Shown here: one piece after another, positions 39,328 through 49,255 of the stretch
Layout of the letters: the number at the start of each line of letters is the position of its first letter
Numbering within the stretch: position 1 is the first letter of the stretch
IMG/VR virus record: IMGVR_UViG_3300028832_000122
Location: 17,577 to 81,576 of that record
Origin: a virus
Taxonomy: Duplodnaviria; Caudoviricetes
Direction: 5' to 3' (one strand)
DNA length: 64,000 bases
Made by a program: the position numbers and the translations under genes
Notes under the pieces: generated by a model
Seen by the model: only the letters and a program-made list of their open reading frames with translations
What the model was told of the DNA's origin: nothing
Databases searched by the model: none

Positions 39328-40340
39328 TACCTTTCCTCCGTTCTCGCTTATTGCATCATTTTTGCCTTTAAGTGCCTTGATCCTTTTCGTTTTTTGATGC
39401 GATTGCCCTTGCAATATTGCAAACCATGTTGTCGAGTATCACGCCAATCGCAATAACAATAATCAGTATTTGCCACCATTCCACATAATCACCGCCTTTA
39501 AGTCAGTTTCCATCATTTTCAACAATCTCATACGCCATTTTCAAACCGTTCCATTCTCCTGTCTTTTTTGCGAGTCCTTCTTCTGTTTCATATCCGGTAG
39601 GAGATACCGCAAGTTGATTGTCTGCAATATTCCGAAGTATTCGTTCTTTTGTTTTCTGTTGTTCTTTCAGCAGAGCAAGTACCGCTTTATGCATCTCAAG
39701 GACATAATCATCGCTTGAACAAAAGCATTCGTATTTGTCAACAAATTCTTCGTACTCTTTGATAACCTTCTCCTTGTCAGTCATCATCCGTCGCCACTTT
39801 CCCATCATGTCAGGACTTTCATCCCATCCTTTTTCAAGTTCAAGCTGTTCGATGCGTTCCTGTTTCTCTTTCAGCAGGGAAACCGCTGAACGGCAAAGCC
39901 ACGCATAAAATCGTATTTCATCATTCGTGATTGATCTTCGTTGAGGTATTTCCCAACCACAATATTTTAGTTCGGCAAGTGCATTGCATTGCTTAAAACG
40001 TTTATTGTCATGCAATGCCTGTTCTTCTGTTAATCTCATTCCCGTTTCACCCCAAATGATTTAAAGCTTCATTTACACTCATGCAGCCACATGCTGCCCT
40101 AACTTTGTAAGCTTCATTTGTTACTGTTCCTTTTCCCCGTCAGCACAGTACCAATCCGGATCCCTGCTATAATGATCGTTCTTGTTTCCGCACAGGATAT
40201 AAGATTTTTGATTCATTGCGTCAATGATTGTCGTCCCGTGCTTGCAGTTTGCACACCGAACAAGTTCACCATGGTTATCGTTCCACTCATAATCTCCGTT
40301 ACCAATCTTGATATATGATTCAATAAACTCTACCTTCTTT

Positions 40341-40913
40341 TTATCCATCCTTCTTCTCCTCATACTTCATACAGTACATCATGCAGTCTTCCGCAAACTG
40401 CCGTGCTTCCGGCAGTAATACAACAGCTTCACAGAAGTCTTTATCCCAGTCGCCGTACGTTCTCGGTCGCTTCTCGTCACGTATATTCTCGAGCCTTTCC
40501 ACAATCATGTCAGCCGTCAGTGCGAGATCGAACTGCATGCGCTCTTTCCACGCCTGGAACTCAATAGCGTTCTTTCGCCTTTGAAGGGCGATTTCCGCCT
40601 GTCTTTGTTTCGCCTTGTCAATCTTCCCGTCCAACGCCAGGCCCATGTGGAAGGTGTCGTTAAACCACGATATGGAGTCTTTAAACGACATATTGTAGTA
40701 TCGCTGGACAAAAGAAAGAACGTCCCCGCCGGACTTGCACACGTGGCAGTAGTATCCACGGTTGCCTTTGTACAGTACGCAGTTAAAATCGTTTCCGTTG
40801 TGGATCGGGCACTTGCATCTGCCTCGCCGTATCTCCAGCCCGATGGCATTGCCAACGTCCTGGGCGGATATGGTGTCCTTAATGGTTTGAGCTGCTATTG
40901 TAAGGTTGTTCAT
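40341..40913 (-). CDS. Stand-alone CHC2 zinc-finger (primase zinc-binding domain) protein
   Basis: 'CPIH......C...YYCHVCKSGGDVLSFV...SFKDSISW'. Confidence 0.85.
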   Translation of the reverse strand: MNNLTIAAQTIKDTISAQDVGNAIGLEIRRGRCKCPIHNGNDFNCVLYKGNRGYYCHVCKSGGDVLSFVQRYYNMSFKDSISWFNDTFHMGLALDGKIDKAKQRQAEIALQRRKNAIEFQAWKERMQFDLALTADMIVERLENIRDEKRPRTYGDWDKDFCEAVVLLPEARQFAEDCMMYCMKYEEKKDG

Positions 40914-42386
40914 AATATCCGCCTTTAAGTGCCTTTCCGTTCTCCGAAGTTACAAAACCAATCACCCAACTTGTTATACTCTGGATACATTTCACACTCC
41001 CCAAGGTTTGGACAACCATCATACTGTTTCCATGCTTTGCAGTGCTTACATTGAACAACTTCTTTTAATGGACACCATTCCGGTCTGCTTTGGTTGAAGT
41101 CTTTCACATCATTTTCACCCCATCCTCTGCCATCGCAAGGAATTGCACACATCAGATATTCATTACAGGCAGGACAATCAATGCAGTTCTTTGGCATCTG
41201 CATATCAATCTGTATCATTTAATCACCACCTTTAAATGTGAGCATATCCGACCCAGCCGCACTCACATTCATACTGATATTGTGCAGGATGTGAAGTCAG
41301 AACAATGTCGTTTCGTCTCCAAATCTTCTTGCCACACTTTGGGCATTCAACATCAACTTGCGTTTTGTGTTGCCATTCTTCTGGTTTTATAGGCATTTGT
41401 TTTTCGTACTGTTCCCATCTCATTCACTTCACCGACCTTCCTTGCGTTCTCCGTCAGCGCAAAACCAATCGTCATTGGTAAAAATGGAATTGAACGGGCA
41501 ATGTCCATTTGATTGTTCCCAATGCTTACAATCCTTGCACCGGACTATCTGCGGTCTGCTTTCAACAAATGCCTTTACATCTTCGACCAGTCCTATAGGA
41601 GTCATGTACTGTCCAATGTCTTCAATATGCTGAAGAAGGTTTCTGACGGTTTCATTCAGATTGTCTATTGTTTCTTTCTGCTCTTTCAGCAGTTCAAGGG
41701 CATCACGAACAAGAAGTGCACAATTTGGCATTATTTCATCAAGAACCATTGCCAATCGTTCAAGGCGTTCGTTCAATAATTCCGGTTCTGTTATCATAAT
41801 TCACCCCTGATTTATATCGTCATTGTTGCACTTTAATCAGTTCGCTTTATCATTCCATTAATAGTATTTTTGATTTCGTCCATGTTTTTTATTGCTATAT
41901 CTTCGGCGGTTGTAAATCCATAATTATACGCAGCACGCATCTGAAAGCATTCTCTTAAATCTACTTCTGTGCATTTCCTTACAGCACACATACAAACCTC
42001 ATCTTCTTCGCATCTTATCGGACAATTTGACACCCTTGGTAGTTCAGCCATACTCTCACCTCACTTAAAGCTTCAATTCCATATGTCCGTCGATTCGACG
42101 ACGTTAACTACAGCATATACGTCCTGCGGGTAATCGCTTTCCCCGGTGGACCGTGGCACCGTGTAATACGTAATCAGATTTTCTTCAAGCATCTTGTTGA
42201 TAAGCTTTGCAGCCAGTTCGTTTTTCAGCCATGACTCAGGCGGTTGCCTGTGCGGATCACTGATGCAGTACCCGGCTTTTATCTTTTTTATATGTGCATT
42301 GTTTACATGTACAACAGGCCTGCTGTATTTTAATACTTCTTCCTTTGTGTGTCCGCCCAATAAATGAATGAGCCTGTCTTTTATCT

Positions 42387-42887
42387 TCATTTTGCGACAC
42401 CTTTCACTTTGCCTTCGATCATCCTGTATACTGCAAGTCCTGCGATCATTGTTGTGGCGTCTGCAGCAAACGCCACAGTGTTTTTCGGTATTTTGACCAC
42501 GAGAGGGATACTGTACAGATAGCATTCGATTGACGTCTTAACAAGAATCATTCCAATGCCAACAGCAAACATGATAGCAGTGCATTTCGCAATCGTGTGG
42601 ACATTCTTATGCAACGTTCCTGCGGCAATCAGACCAATGGCAAGGTTCGCAAGCACCCAGCTGATCGAGAATCCGTACGCGGAGAACAAAATGCTCTCCA
42701 ACGCGCACCCGATCACACCAACGACCGTACCGTATATACCGTACATACACAGGGCAACCGTAAACACGATGTACCCAAGATCTACCATGATATTGCTGAA
42801 CAAAGTAAACTTCAGGAATGCGCTGAGTACGACGTACAACGCTGTAAGCATGCCGAGGATCGCAATCATCCGTGTTTTACTTTTCAT
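42387..42887 (-). CDS. ECF transporter substrate-binding (S) component-like membrane protein
   Basis: 166 aa, about six TM helices, N-terminal 'KTRMIAILGMLTALYVVL' with AxxxA-like motif, 'YGTVVGVIG..LESIL'. Confidence 0.7.
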   Translation of the reverse strand: MKSKTRMIAILGMLTALYVVLSAFLKFTLFSNIMVDLGYIVFTVALCMYGIYGTVVGVIGCALESILFSAYGFSISWVLANLAIGLIAAGTLHKNVHTIAKCTAIMFAVGIGMILVKTSIECYLYSIPLVVKIPKNTVAFAADATTMIAGLAVYRMIEGKVKGVAK

Positions 42888-44275
42888 TTTTCAATCTCCG
42901 CCCCCATCTTCCGGTAACTCGTACACCGCTTCTTATATGCTCCCATACAGAACCCGATTGCGTCGTCAACAAAGTCATATACAATGGGTGTTTCCTTCCC
43001 TGGGTTCGTCCTGCGTACACGTCCGACGGCCTGTGTGATGATTGCACTGTACTTGCACGGAGACGCAAGGAACAACCGGTCAAGGCACGGGACGTCAAGC
43101 CCTTCCTTTGCAAGCGAGTACGATGCAAACAGATACTTCTTCTTTCCTGTCCGCATGTCTTCCAGGGCCTGTGCCCTGGCCAGCTTTGCTTTCTTGCTCT
43201 GCATCTTACCGTTGATGAATACGCTGTCGGCAATCATCTCGTCCGGCAGCATGTTCATAATCTCTTCCAGCTGTGCAAGCCGGTCCGACAGGATCAGGCA
43301 GCTATGCCCGCTTTCGCTTTCAATGGCGTTCACAATCATCTTGTTCCGATACCAGTCTGTCGTAAGGCTTTCGATCAGCTTTACATAGTTAATCGTGCCG
43401 TCGTCGTTCAGGCAATCGTCGTCAATATCGCAGTCCGTGTACACGGTCCGCACCTTCACGTCCATCACCCTGTCAGCAACGTCACTGTCCGGCACTGTGT
43501 ACGCAATCTTCCCTATTAAGGCGAACGTTGCGCGTATTAATCCATCCGAACGTTCGGGGGTTGCGGTTAATCCGTACTTGTGCCGTGCGGCCAGGTGGTT
43601 CAGCACCTTCTCATATCGGGTGAATGTCGTTGCGGAACTGCTGACCCTGTGGCACTCGTCCACAATCACAACGTCCCAGTAATCACGGTAGTATGTCAGA
43701 TCCAGGTTAGCCATCGTCTGCACTGTTGCAAACGTAACGCCGACGCCGACGTTCACCTTACCTTCCGTGATTGTCCCTATCAGTTCCGGGTCGATAAACT
43801 GCAGTGCACGGTCCATGCTCTGCTTCAGAAGATCCTGCGTATGGCATAGCCACAGTGCACGCCTCCGCAGTCCTTTGATTATGGCAATCCCCATCTGCGT
43901 CTTTCCGCTTCCTGTCGTTGCCTTGAGGATGCCGTACTTGGCGGAGATCATAGCAGAAACGGCTGCCATCTGATAGTCGTACAGGTTCATGCTCTTGCTT
44001 CCGTAGTTGATGATGCTGTCCTGTCGGAAGTCGCAGTCAATACGTGTACCACGGAGCATGGGCATGATCTCTCTGCATATACCGAATGGAAGGATTAATG
44101 TCCCGCCGTTCCACTCGTACATCTGAAGTTCACGTGGCGTCCTGCCTGTCCAGAATCCCATCCGCTGCTTCTTCTCAAACTCTGGGTTCGGGAACTTCAG
44201 ATTCTCTTTCGCCCACCTGGAGATTTCAATCGATGGATCCTCAATGTATATCCTGTTTGCTATCTTTGTATTCAT
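42884..44275 (-). CDS. SF2 (DEAD/DEAH-like) helicase
   Basis: 'LYDYQ', 'ATTGSGKT', 'DECHR', 'GLTATPERSDG', 'EGLDVP', 'QAVGRVRR'. Confidence 0.95.
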   Translation of the reverse strand: MNTKIANRIYIEDPSIEISRWAKENLKFPNPEFEKKQRMGFWTGRTPRELQMYEWNGGTLILPFGICREIMPMLRGTRIDCDFRQDSIINYGSKSMNLYDYQMAAVSAMISAKYGILKATTGSGKTQMGIAIIKGLRRRALWLCHTQDLLKQSMDRALQFIDPELIGTITEGKVNVGVGVTFATVQTMANLDLTYYRDYWDVVIVDECHRVSSSATTFTRYEKVLNHLAARHKYGLTATPERSDGLIRATFALIGKIAYTVPDSDVADRVMDVKVRTVYTDCDIDDDCLNDDGTINYVKLIESLTTDWYRNKMIVNAIESESGHSCLILSDRLAQLEEIMNMLPDEMIADSVFINGKMQSKKAKLARAQALEDMRTGKKKYLFASYSLAKEGLDVPCLDRLFLASPCKYSAIITQAVGRVRRTNPGKETPIVYDFVDDAIGFCMGAYKKRCTSYRKMGAEIEK

Positions 44276-44703
44276 GTGTCCTCCGCCCATGTGTTGCTGG
44301 AGTCAAGCCATGCTTCCAGCGACCATGTTCCCGTCCGGATATCATCCTCTGTCAGTTTCTTTTTGCCCCTGTTCCTCAGCGTTTCACACCGCTCAAGGGA
44401 GATCATCCATATTGATTCATCCGGAAGTTTCAGTGCAAAGTAACTCAGTTCACCGCACTTGCGGAAGAATGTCTTCATTGCCGACCGCTGGTTGTCTTCA
44501 ATCCGGTCAAAAGAGAAAAAGCCATTGTCGCACACCTTGCAATCAATCAGCGTATGATATCTGCCCTTCACGGCGATGATATCCGCAGGCTGACCGGACT
44601 TGTTCTGCTGCATCACATGCACCCAGAACCCGTGCTCCGCAAGGATATGGCTCAGATCCTGCTCGAACCTTCCGCCGACGGATCTGTTGTCTGTCTTCTG
44701 CAT
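44272..44703 (-). CDS. Holliday junction resolvase (Hjc-like PD-(D/E)XK nuclease)
   Basis: 'GGRFEQDL', 'PADIIAVK', 'IDCK'. Confidence 0.75.
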   Translation of the reverse strand: MQKTDNRSVGGRFEQDLSHILAEHGFWVHVMQQNKSGQPADIIAVKGRYHTLIDCKVCDNGFFSFDRIEDNQRSAMKTFFRKCGELSYFALKLPDESIWMISLERCETLRNRGKKKLTEDDIRTGTWSLEAWLDSSNTWAEDT

Positions 44704-44768
44704 TCAGCTTCTCCTTTCGTAATCGTCTCCGGATGGCGTCTCACTGTCCGCCTTAATCCGGAGGAAAC

Positions 44769-44917
44769 TGGTGATGCGGGTGAGGACTCGAACCTCACAC
44801 GAGCCGGTACCTGCTCAGGTTAGTGGGATTTGAACCGCTGTGCCGAATCCTACCATCAGTCTTTAACTAATCGGCTTTCCAAACATTTCCCCGCGTCTGC
44901 CGTTCCGCCACCGCATC
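44769..44917 (-). ncRNA. tRNA-like RNA (class II/Leu-type frame) with greatly extended anticodon region
   Basis: Acceptor stem GATGCGG/CCGCATC + A-CCA, D arm GCGGAACGGCAGACGC, T arm GTGAGG-TTCGAGT-CCTCAC, variable hairpin GAGC...GCTC; 149 nt in total. Confidence 0.7.
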
Positions 44918-44927
44918 GTGCTACCGT

Positions 44928-45341
44928 TTAGAATGGAAGGCTTTCGGAATCGATGTCCACAACCGTTCCGCCACTCGGATCAGCAGCCGGAGCATGAGCA
45001 TTCTGCTGCTCGTTTCCGTTTCCGGACGACAGGAACTCCACGTCGTTTGCGTACACTTCCAGGCTCGCTTTCGGCGTCCCGTCCTGTCCGCTGAACGCGT
45101 GAACGGATACGCTTCCGGTCACGCCAACCTTCCGTCCCTTGGTGAGAAACTTCTGGCATACTTCTCCGGTCTTTCCCCAGGCTGACACCCGGAAGAAGTC
45201 GGCTACGGTGTTCCCGTCCTTGTCCCTCTGCCTGCGGTTGACGGCAACCGTGAAATTGCACACGGTCTTGTTGTCATTGGTCGTGCGGGATTCAGGATCA
45301 CGCACGAGGTTTCCGATAATGGTGAGTGAGTTCATATACAT
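44928..45341 (-). CDS. ssb: Single-stranded DNA-binding protein
   Basis: 'IIGNLVRDPE', 'ADFFRVSAWG', 'KGRKVGVTG', acidic tail ending 'LPF'. Confidence 0.95.
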   Translation of the reverse strand: MYMNSLTIIGNLVRDPESRTTNDNKTVCNFTVAVNRRQRDKDGNTVADFFRVSAWGKTGEVCQKFLTKGRKVGVTGSVSVHAFSGQDGTPKASLEVYANDVEFLSSGNGNEQQNAHAPAADPSGGTVVDIDSESLPF

Positions 45342-45347
45342 TCCTCC

Positions 45348-45917
45348 TTATTCTGCATCTGCCATCAGCTGGGCAGCCAGGTCGTCCTGTGATTCCTCGG
45401 CGGGCGCTTCAGCCTTTGCCTTTGCGTCCAGGTCTGCCTGTGCTTTCTTACCGCACTCGATGCACAGGCACTTGCCGTAGCGTTCCTTGTTCTTGTTGGC
45501 GACGAACTCCGGTCCGTACTGCCCCATGCCCTTGATAATCTTTCCGCAGGACTCGCACTTGATATCAGGCACCTTTGTATCGGTCACCTTGTTCTTCACA
45601 CGCACAGCGTCGGTTATATCGCCAAACGCTTTTACCTGCTTGACACACATGGTGATCTTCTTTCCGGCCCAGTTCTCAATGTACGGCGTGTTGTACAGCT
45701 TGCTGATCGTCTTGCAGTTCGTCTTGTTCAGGATCAGCGGCTTCAGGTTCTTCTCCTTGAAGTGGCAGACGATGCAATCCTCGCTCTTTCCGTCTGCGTT
45801 CATCACACTCTCGGACACGACGTGGTCAATCGTGCCGGTCTTTTCCTCACCCTGCTCAAAGGCGTACGCGCCAAGGTAGTTGGGGTTTGTGAGTTTCTTC
45901 CAATGTGTCATGTTCAT
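45348..45917 (-). CDS. Putative single-strand annealing/recombination protein
   Basis: Lies between exonuclease and ssb; 'KPLILNKTN...W.GKKI' motif. Confidence 0.6.
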   Translation of the reverse strand: MNMTHWKKLTNPNYLGAYAFEQGEEKTGTIDHVVSESVMNADGKSEDCIVCHFKEKNLKPLILNKTNCKTISKLYNTPYIENWAGKKITMCVKQVKAFGDITDAVRVKNKVTDTKVPDIKCESCGKIIKGMGQYGPEFVANKNKERYGKCLCIECGKKAQADLDAKAKAEAPAEESQDDLAAQLMADAE

Positions 45918-46969
45918 TCCTCCTCTTCATCCATATCTACCCATGCTGGGAGTTCTGTCCAGTTATAGCCACCGTTAATTGGAAGATATCCTGGATATTC
46001 ATCGAGTTCCTTGCAGGTATGCAGGCGACCGAGCAGGGTATGGAACTGCTTCACGCCGTACTCCATAACCTCGGGACTCACCTGCACGATGTTGATGCTG
46101 TACGGGGCCTTCTTCTCCTGCACCACGAAGATGAACCCTGGGCGGTACGGGAGATGGTATCCGATCATCACGGCTTCCGTGTACATCGCAGCCTGCAGGC
46201 TGTACCCGAACTTCATGATTGAGCGGTTGAACGCTTCCGTTTCAGCACACTGAGCGGTCTTGTAATCCACCACATATAACCTTCCGTCGAGTCCTTTAAT
46301 CAGCCTGTCAAGCTTTACCTTGCACTTCTCTCCGGTCTCACCGTCCGTCCAGAAGAACGGTGCTTCCGTCGCACCTTCGCCCCTGATCAGGTCGTTTGCG
46401 AGCGAGCACTTCTCGAGTGCTTCCTCCATGTCTTTCATCACGGCTGCGTCGTCGGCACTGATAATGGTCTTGCCTTCGTTCTCTTCCATGAATGTTTTCC
46501 ACATCAGCTTGCCGTCGCTCGTCCGCCTGTCGCACACCGGGGCGACTGCGTACTCATCGCCGAAGTCTGCGGGTTCGAGGATCATCTTGTGGCAGGCAGA
46601 CCCGAACACGAGCGTCGGTGTCGGCTCAAGCGGATGCTCCGTGAACCACTTGTACTTCTCGGGGGAATCGTTCATCTTCCACAGGTCGGACCGGCGGACG
46701 CCTTCCGCCTCGTTGTACTCTTTCTCTGTCATGTGCTGTACCTCAATCTCTGCTTGGGCAAAGTATTCCTCCAGAAATTTAATCGTCTTCTTTCCGATCC
46801 ATCTCAAATGATGTTCGCTGAAGAACCCGCTGGCGACATACTCGCCGAGTTCCTCTTCCGTTACTTCCCTGGGCGAGCTATGCTCGAACCTGTTTACGTA
46901 GCGGAACAATGCACTCATCGCCCTGGTCAGCATCTTCTTCTCGGATACGGACAGTTCAGTCCCTTTCAT
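45914..46969 (-). CDS. Exonuclease VIII/RecE-like PD-(D/E)XK nuclease (DUF3799 type)
   Basis: 'FGSACH..ILEP', 'KVKLDRL', 'VDYKT', 'YSLQAAMY'. Confidence 0.85.
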   Translation of the reverse strand: MKGTELSVSEKKMLTRAMSALFRYVNRFEHSSPREVTEEELGEYVASGFFSEHHLRWIGKKTIKFLEEYFAQAEIEVQHMTEKEYNEAEGVRRSDLWKMNDSPEKYKWFTEHPLEPTPTLVFGSACHKMILEPADFGDEYAVAPVCDRRTSDGKLMWKTFMEENEGKTIISADDAAVMKDMEEALEKCSLANDLIRGEGATEAPFFWTDGETGEKCKVKLDRLIKGLDGRLYVVDYKTAQCAETEAFNRSIMKFGYSLQAAMYTEAVMIGYHLPYRPGFIFVVQEKKAPYSINIVQVSPEVMEYGVKQFHTLLGRLHTCKELDEYPGYLPINGGYNWTELPAWVDMDEEEE

Positions 46970-47769
46970 CTTTTACGTTCTCCTTTTCTTCGTTCAATGG
47001 CGGAAGCTTAATTGTTACCATGTGCTTCCGCACCCACCAGTTTGCGTACATAAACATTGCCACCGCACCGGATATCCATCCGGCGATGAAAAACCATATC
47101 ATTCCTCTTCCTCACGCTCCCGTTTCATCAGTTCGTCAATCGTCATGTCGCCGAACTTTTTCATCCAATCTTCCACTTCTTTCTTTTTGTCGAACTCGCT
47201 TTTCATACGGAAGATATCAATCAGAACGTGAGTGTACAGTGCACACTCAATCTCCGTTCCTTCAGCGACAATGACCTCAAACACTTTTAACTTCATAACG
47301 TTTTCTCCTTACTACTTTTAGTAGTTATAATGGGGATTTAAAAACGGCTGTCCCCGACCGTCCGGCATAGTTCCCCTTTCCATTGTGTTCCACCTGATGA
47401 AGAAGGTCCGTATCGGAAGAAGTAAGTCAGTACGAAACTTTTTGAGAGGAACACATGGGGAGGATTACCATGTTCAGGCTTATAGCCTTTGCCCGTATGA
47501 TTATCGGCTGCCGCCGATTCACTTCTTTGCCCCGTGATGCGGATTCCACAGGTTTCTGCCGTAACGCTGGCTTCTCCAAATCGCTTTCCGCTTTGCGTCA
47601 CTTATGATGACAGTGCTGTCCGCCTCACGCTTCGCTTCCTTCTTCTTTTCCTCCTTTGCTTTCCATGCTTTGAACTGTTCACACCTGTCGTGGCATCCTG
47701 TTCCAGGCTTTCGTTCCGTGCATTTCTTGCACGGGCATCCGTTGTCGTAACCGCCCCAAACACTTCCGC

Positions 47770-48270
47770 TCAATTCGCCCACTCTCCCAAATTGTACGGG
47801 CATAGCATCCCGTCATGATAATTATCCAATGGAAGGAGCACCGTCAGCAGCTGGAACAGTCCGCACTTCTCGCATTCCTCGTCGCTGTCCATGCAGTCCC
47901 TGCACTTTGTCCGTGCAAAATCGACAAGCTCCTTGAACTCTTTCTTCTGCATGACGATGCTTGTCTTGCACGGGGCCGCCTTCGGACTGAGCCGGATCTC
48001 GAAGTCCTGTGCAGTGTTCTGCAGATTCAACCGTTGGTTCAGCGGGATCGTTACCCGCAGTTCGTTCAGCAGTGCGTCCGCTTTCCCGGATACTTCGTTC
48101 AGCCTGTCTGCTCCGTTGTCAATCATGCCGAGCCTGTCAGACAGATCCGTCTTCAGATCTTCAAGGATTGTGCACGCATATGCCAGGACAATCATCGCCA
48201 TCTTTTCGGATCGTGTTATCCGCACTGCGTCATCCCGGGAAGGAGAAAGCATTTCCCTTGTAATCCGCAT
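47770..48270 (-). CDS. Hypothetical protein with C-terminal Cys cluster
   Basis: 'CRDC......CEKC'; approximate start at MRITRE. Confidence 0.5.
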   Translation of the reverse strand: MRITREMLSPSRDDAVRITRSEKMAMIVLAYACTILEDLKTDLSDRLGMIDNGADRLNEVSGKADALLNELRVTIPLNQRLNLQNTAQDFEIRLSPKAAPCKTSIVMQKKEFKELVDFARTKCRDCMDSDEECEKCGLFQLLTVLLPLDNYHDGMLCPYNLGEWAN

Positions 48271-48274
48271 TCCA

Positions 48275-48775
48275 TCACTCTCCTTCCAACTCAAGATACT
48301 TTGTCTGAACATACCCGCAGTTGGTAACGCACCACTCGTCACTCCACCAATATACCTTAACGGATGCCAGAGGTTTTAACCATCTCGTACGTCTGCCCTT
48401 CACATACTTCCTTGCAGCAAGCCTTCCCTTGCTGACAATCACGGCAGACTGGTTCGTCCTTATCGGCTCATCATATACAAGATACCCTGCGAATACCCAT
48501 CCGTCCGACTCAAGACCCGTATCCACAATATGCCTGTACCCGTTTCGTTTCTTTCCGTCAAGATGCACCGTATCGCCGGACTCGAGTCTTCCGATTGGCT
48601 CGCCGTTCCGGTTCGGGAACGGGCGGACGTTCACGTAGTCAGCGCACAGAACGTACGCCTCTGTCGTGTCGTCCGACCGCTCCGCAAACCCGACGCTCTG
48701 ATAAAACCAAATGACGGCAAGGATGACCGCAATCAGTACGATGATTTCCGCAACGGTTTTACAGATTCTCTTCAT
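48275..48775 (-). CDS. Membrane-anchored SH3b-like domain protein
   Basis: N-terminal TM segment, then 'YVNVRPFPNRNGEPIGRLESGDTV' and a second SH3-like repeat. Confidence 0.6.
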   Translation of the reverse strand: MKRICKTVAEIIVLIAVILAVIWFYQSVGFAERSDDTTEAYVLCADYVNVRPFPNRNGEPIGRLESGDTVHLDGKKRNGYRHIVDTGLESDGWVFAGYLVYDEPIRTNQSAVIVSKGRLAARKYVKGRRTRWLKPLASVKVYWWSDEWCVTNCGYVQTKYLELEGE

Positions 48776-49233
48776 GCAGATTCCTCTTTCATCAGTTCGT
48801 CGATGGCATTCATAACCCCGGCGAGTTCTGTCAGCGTGCAGTACTTTGTCTTGAACGAAAGCAGTTCGCGCTTTGCGACTTCGAGCAGGCGGTCACGCTT
48901 TGCCTCGTCGCTCATGATGATTTCAGTGGGGATATACTCATGCGTGCCACGCTCGATGTTGAAGTATGCCCTTACAGGTTTCGGCTCATCCTGGATATCG
49001 TGCGTGACCACAATGCTTGCGATCATGACACGGCCTGTCTGTTCCCGCCACTTCTGCGCGGCTACGGTATCGTTCCACTCGAACTCCGAATGGAGCGGTG
49101 CGTCTTCCGGCCTGCTGACCTCCACCAAATCCATAGCGGAAAGCCGTCCTTCCGCTGACAGTTGATCCATCACCGCCTTTGCGACGTTCGGATCAGTAGT
49201 AAACCTGCTTCCTTTTACCCAAGAAACTCCCAA
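48772..49233 (-). CDS. Hypothetical protein directly downstream of the GGY-NN array
   Basis: RBS AAAGGAG right after the last array unit; 'SRPEDAPLHSEFEWND..AA'. Confidence 0.75.
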   Translation of the reverse strand: MGVSWVKGSRFTTDPNVAKAVMDQLSAEGRLSAMDLVEVSRPEDAPLHSEFEWNDTVAAQKWREQTGRVMIASIVVTHDIQDEPKPVRAYFNIERGTHEYIPTEIIMSDEAKRDRLLEVAKRELLSFKTKYCTLTELAGVMNAIDELMKEESA

Positions 49234-49255
49234 GTGATTTCACTCCTTTCATTAT

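Noticed and set aside
42387-42887. Part of a queuosine/7-deazaguanine DNA modification cluster
   Set aside because: No folE, queC/D/E or dpdA-like genes were recognised in the window.
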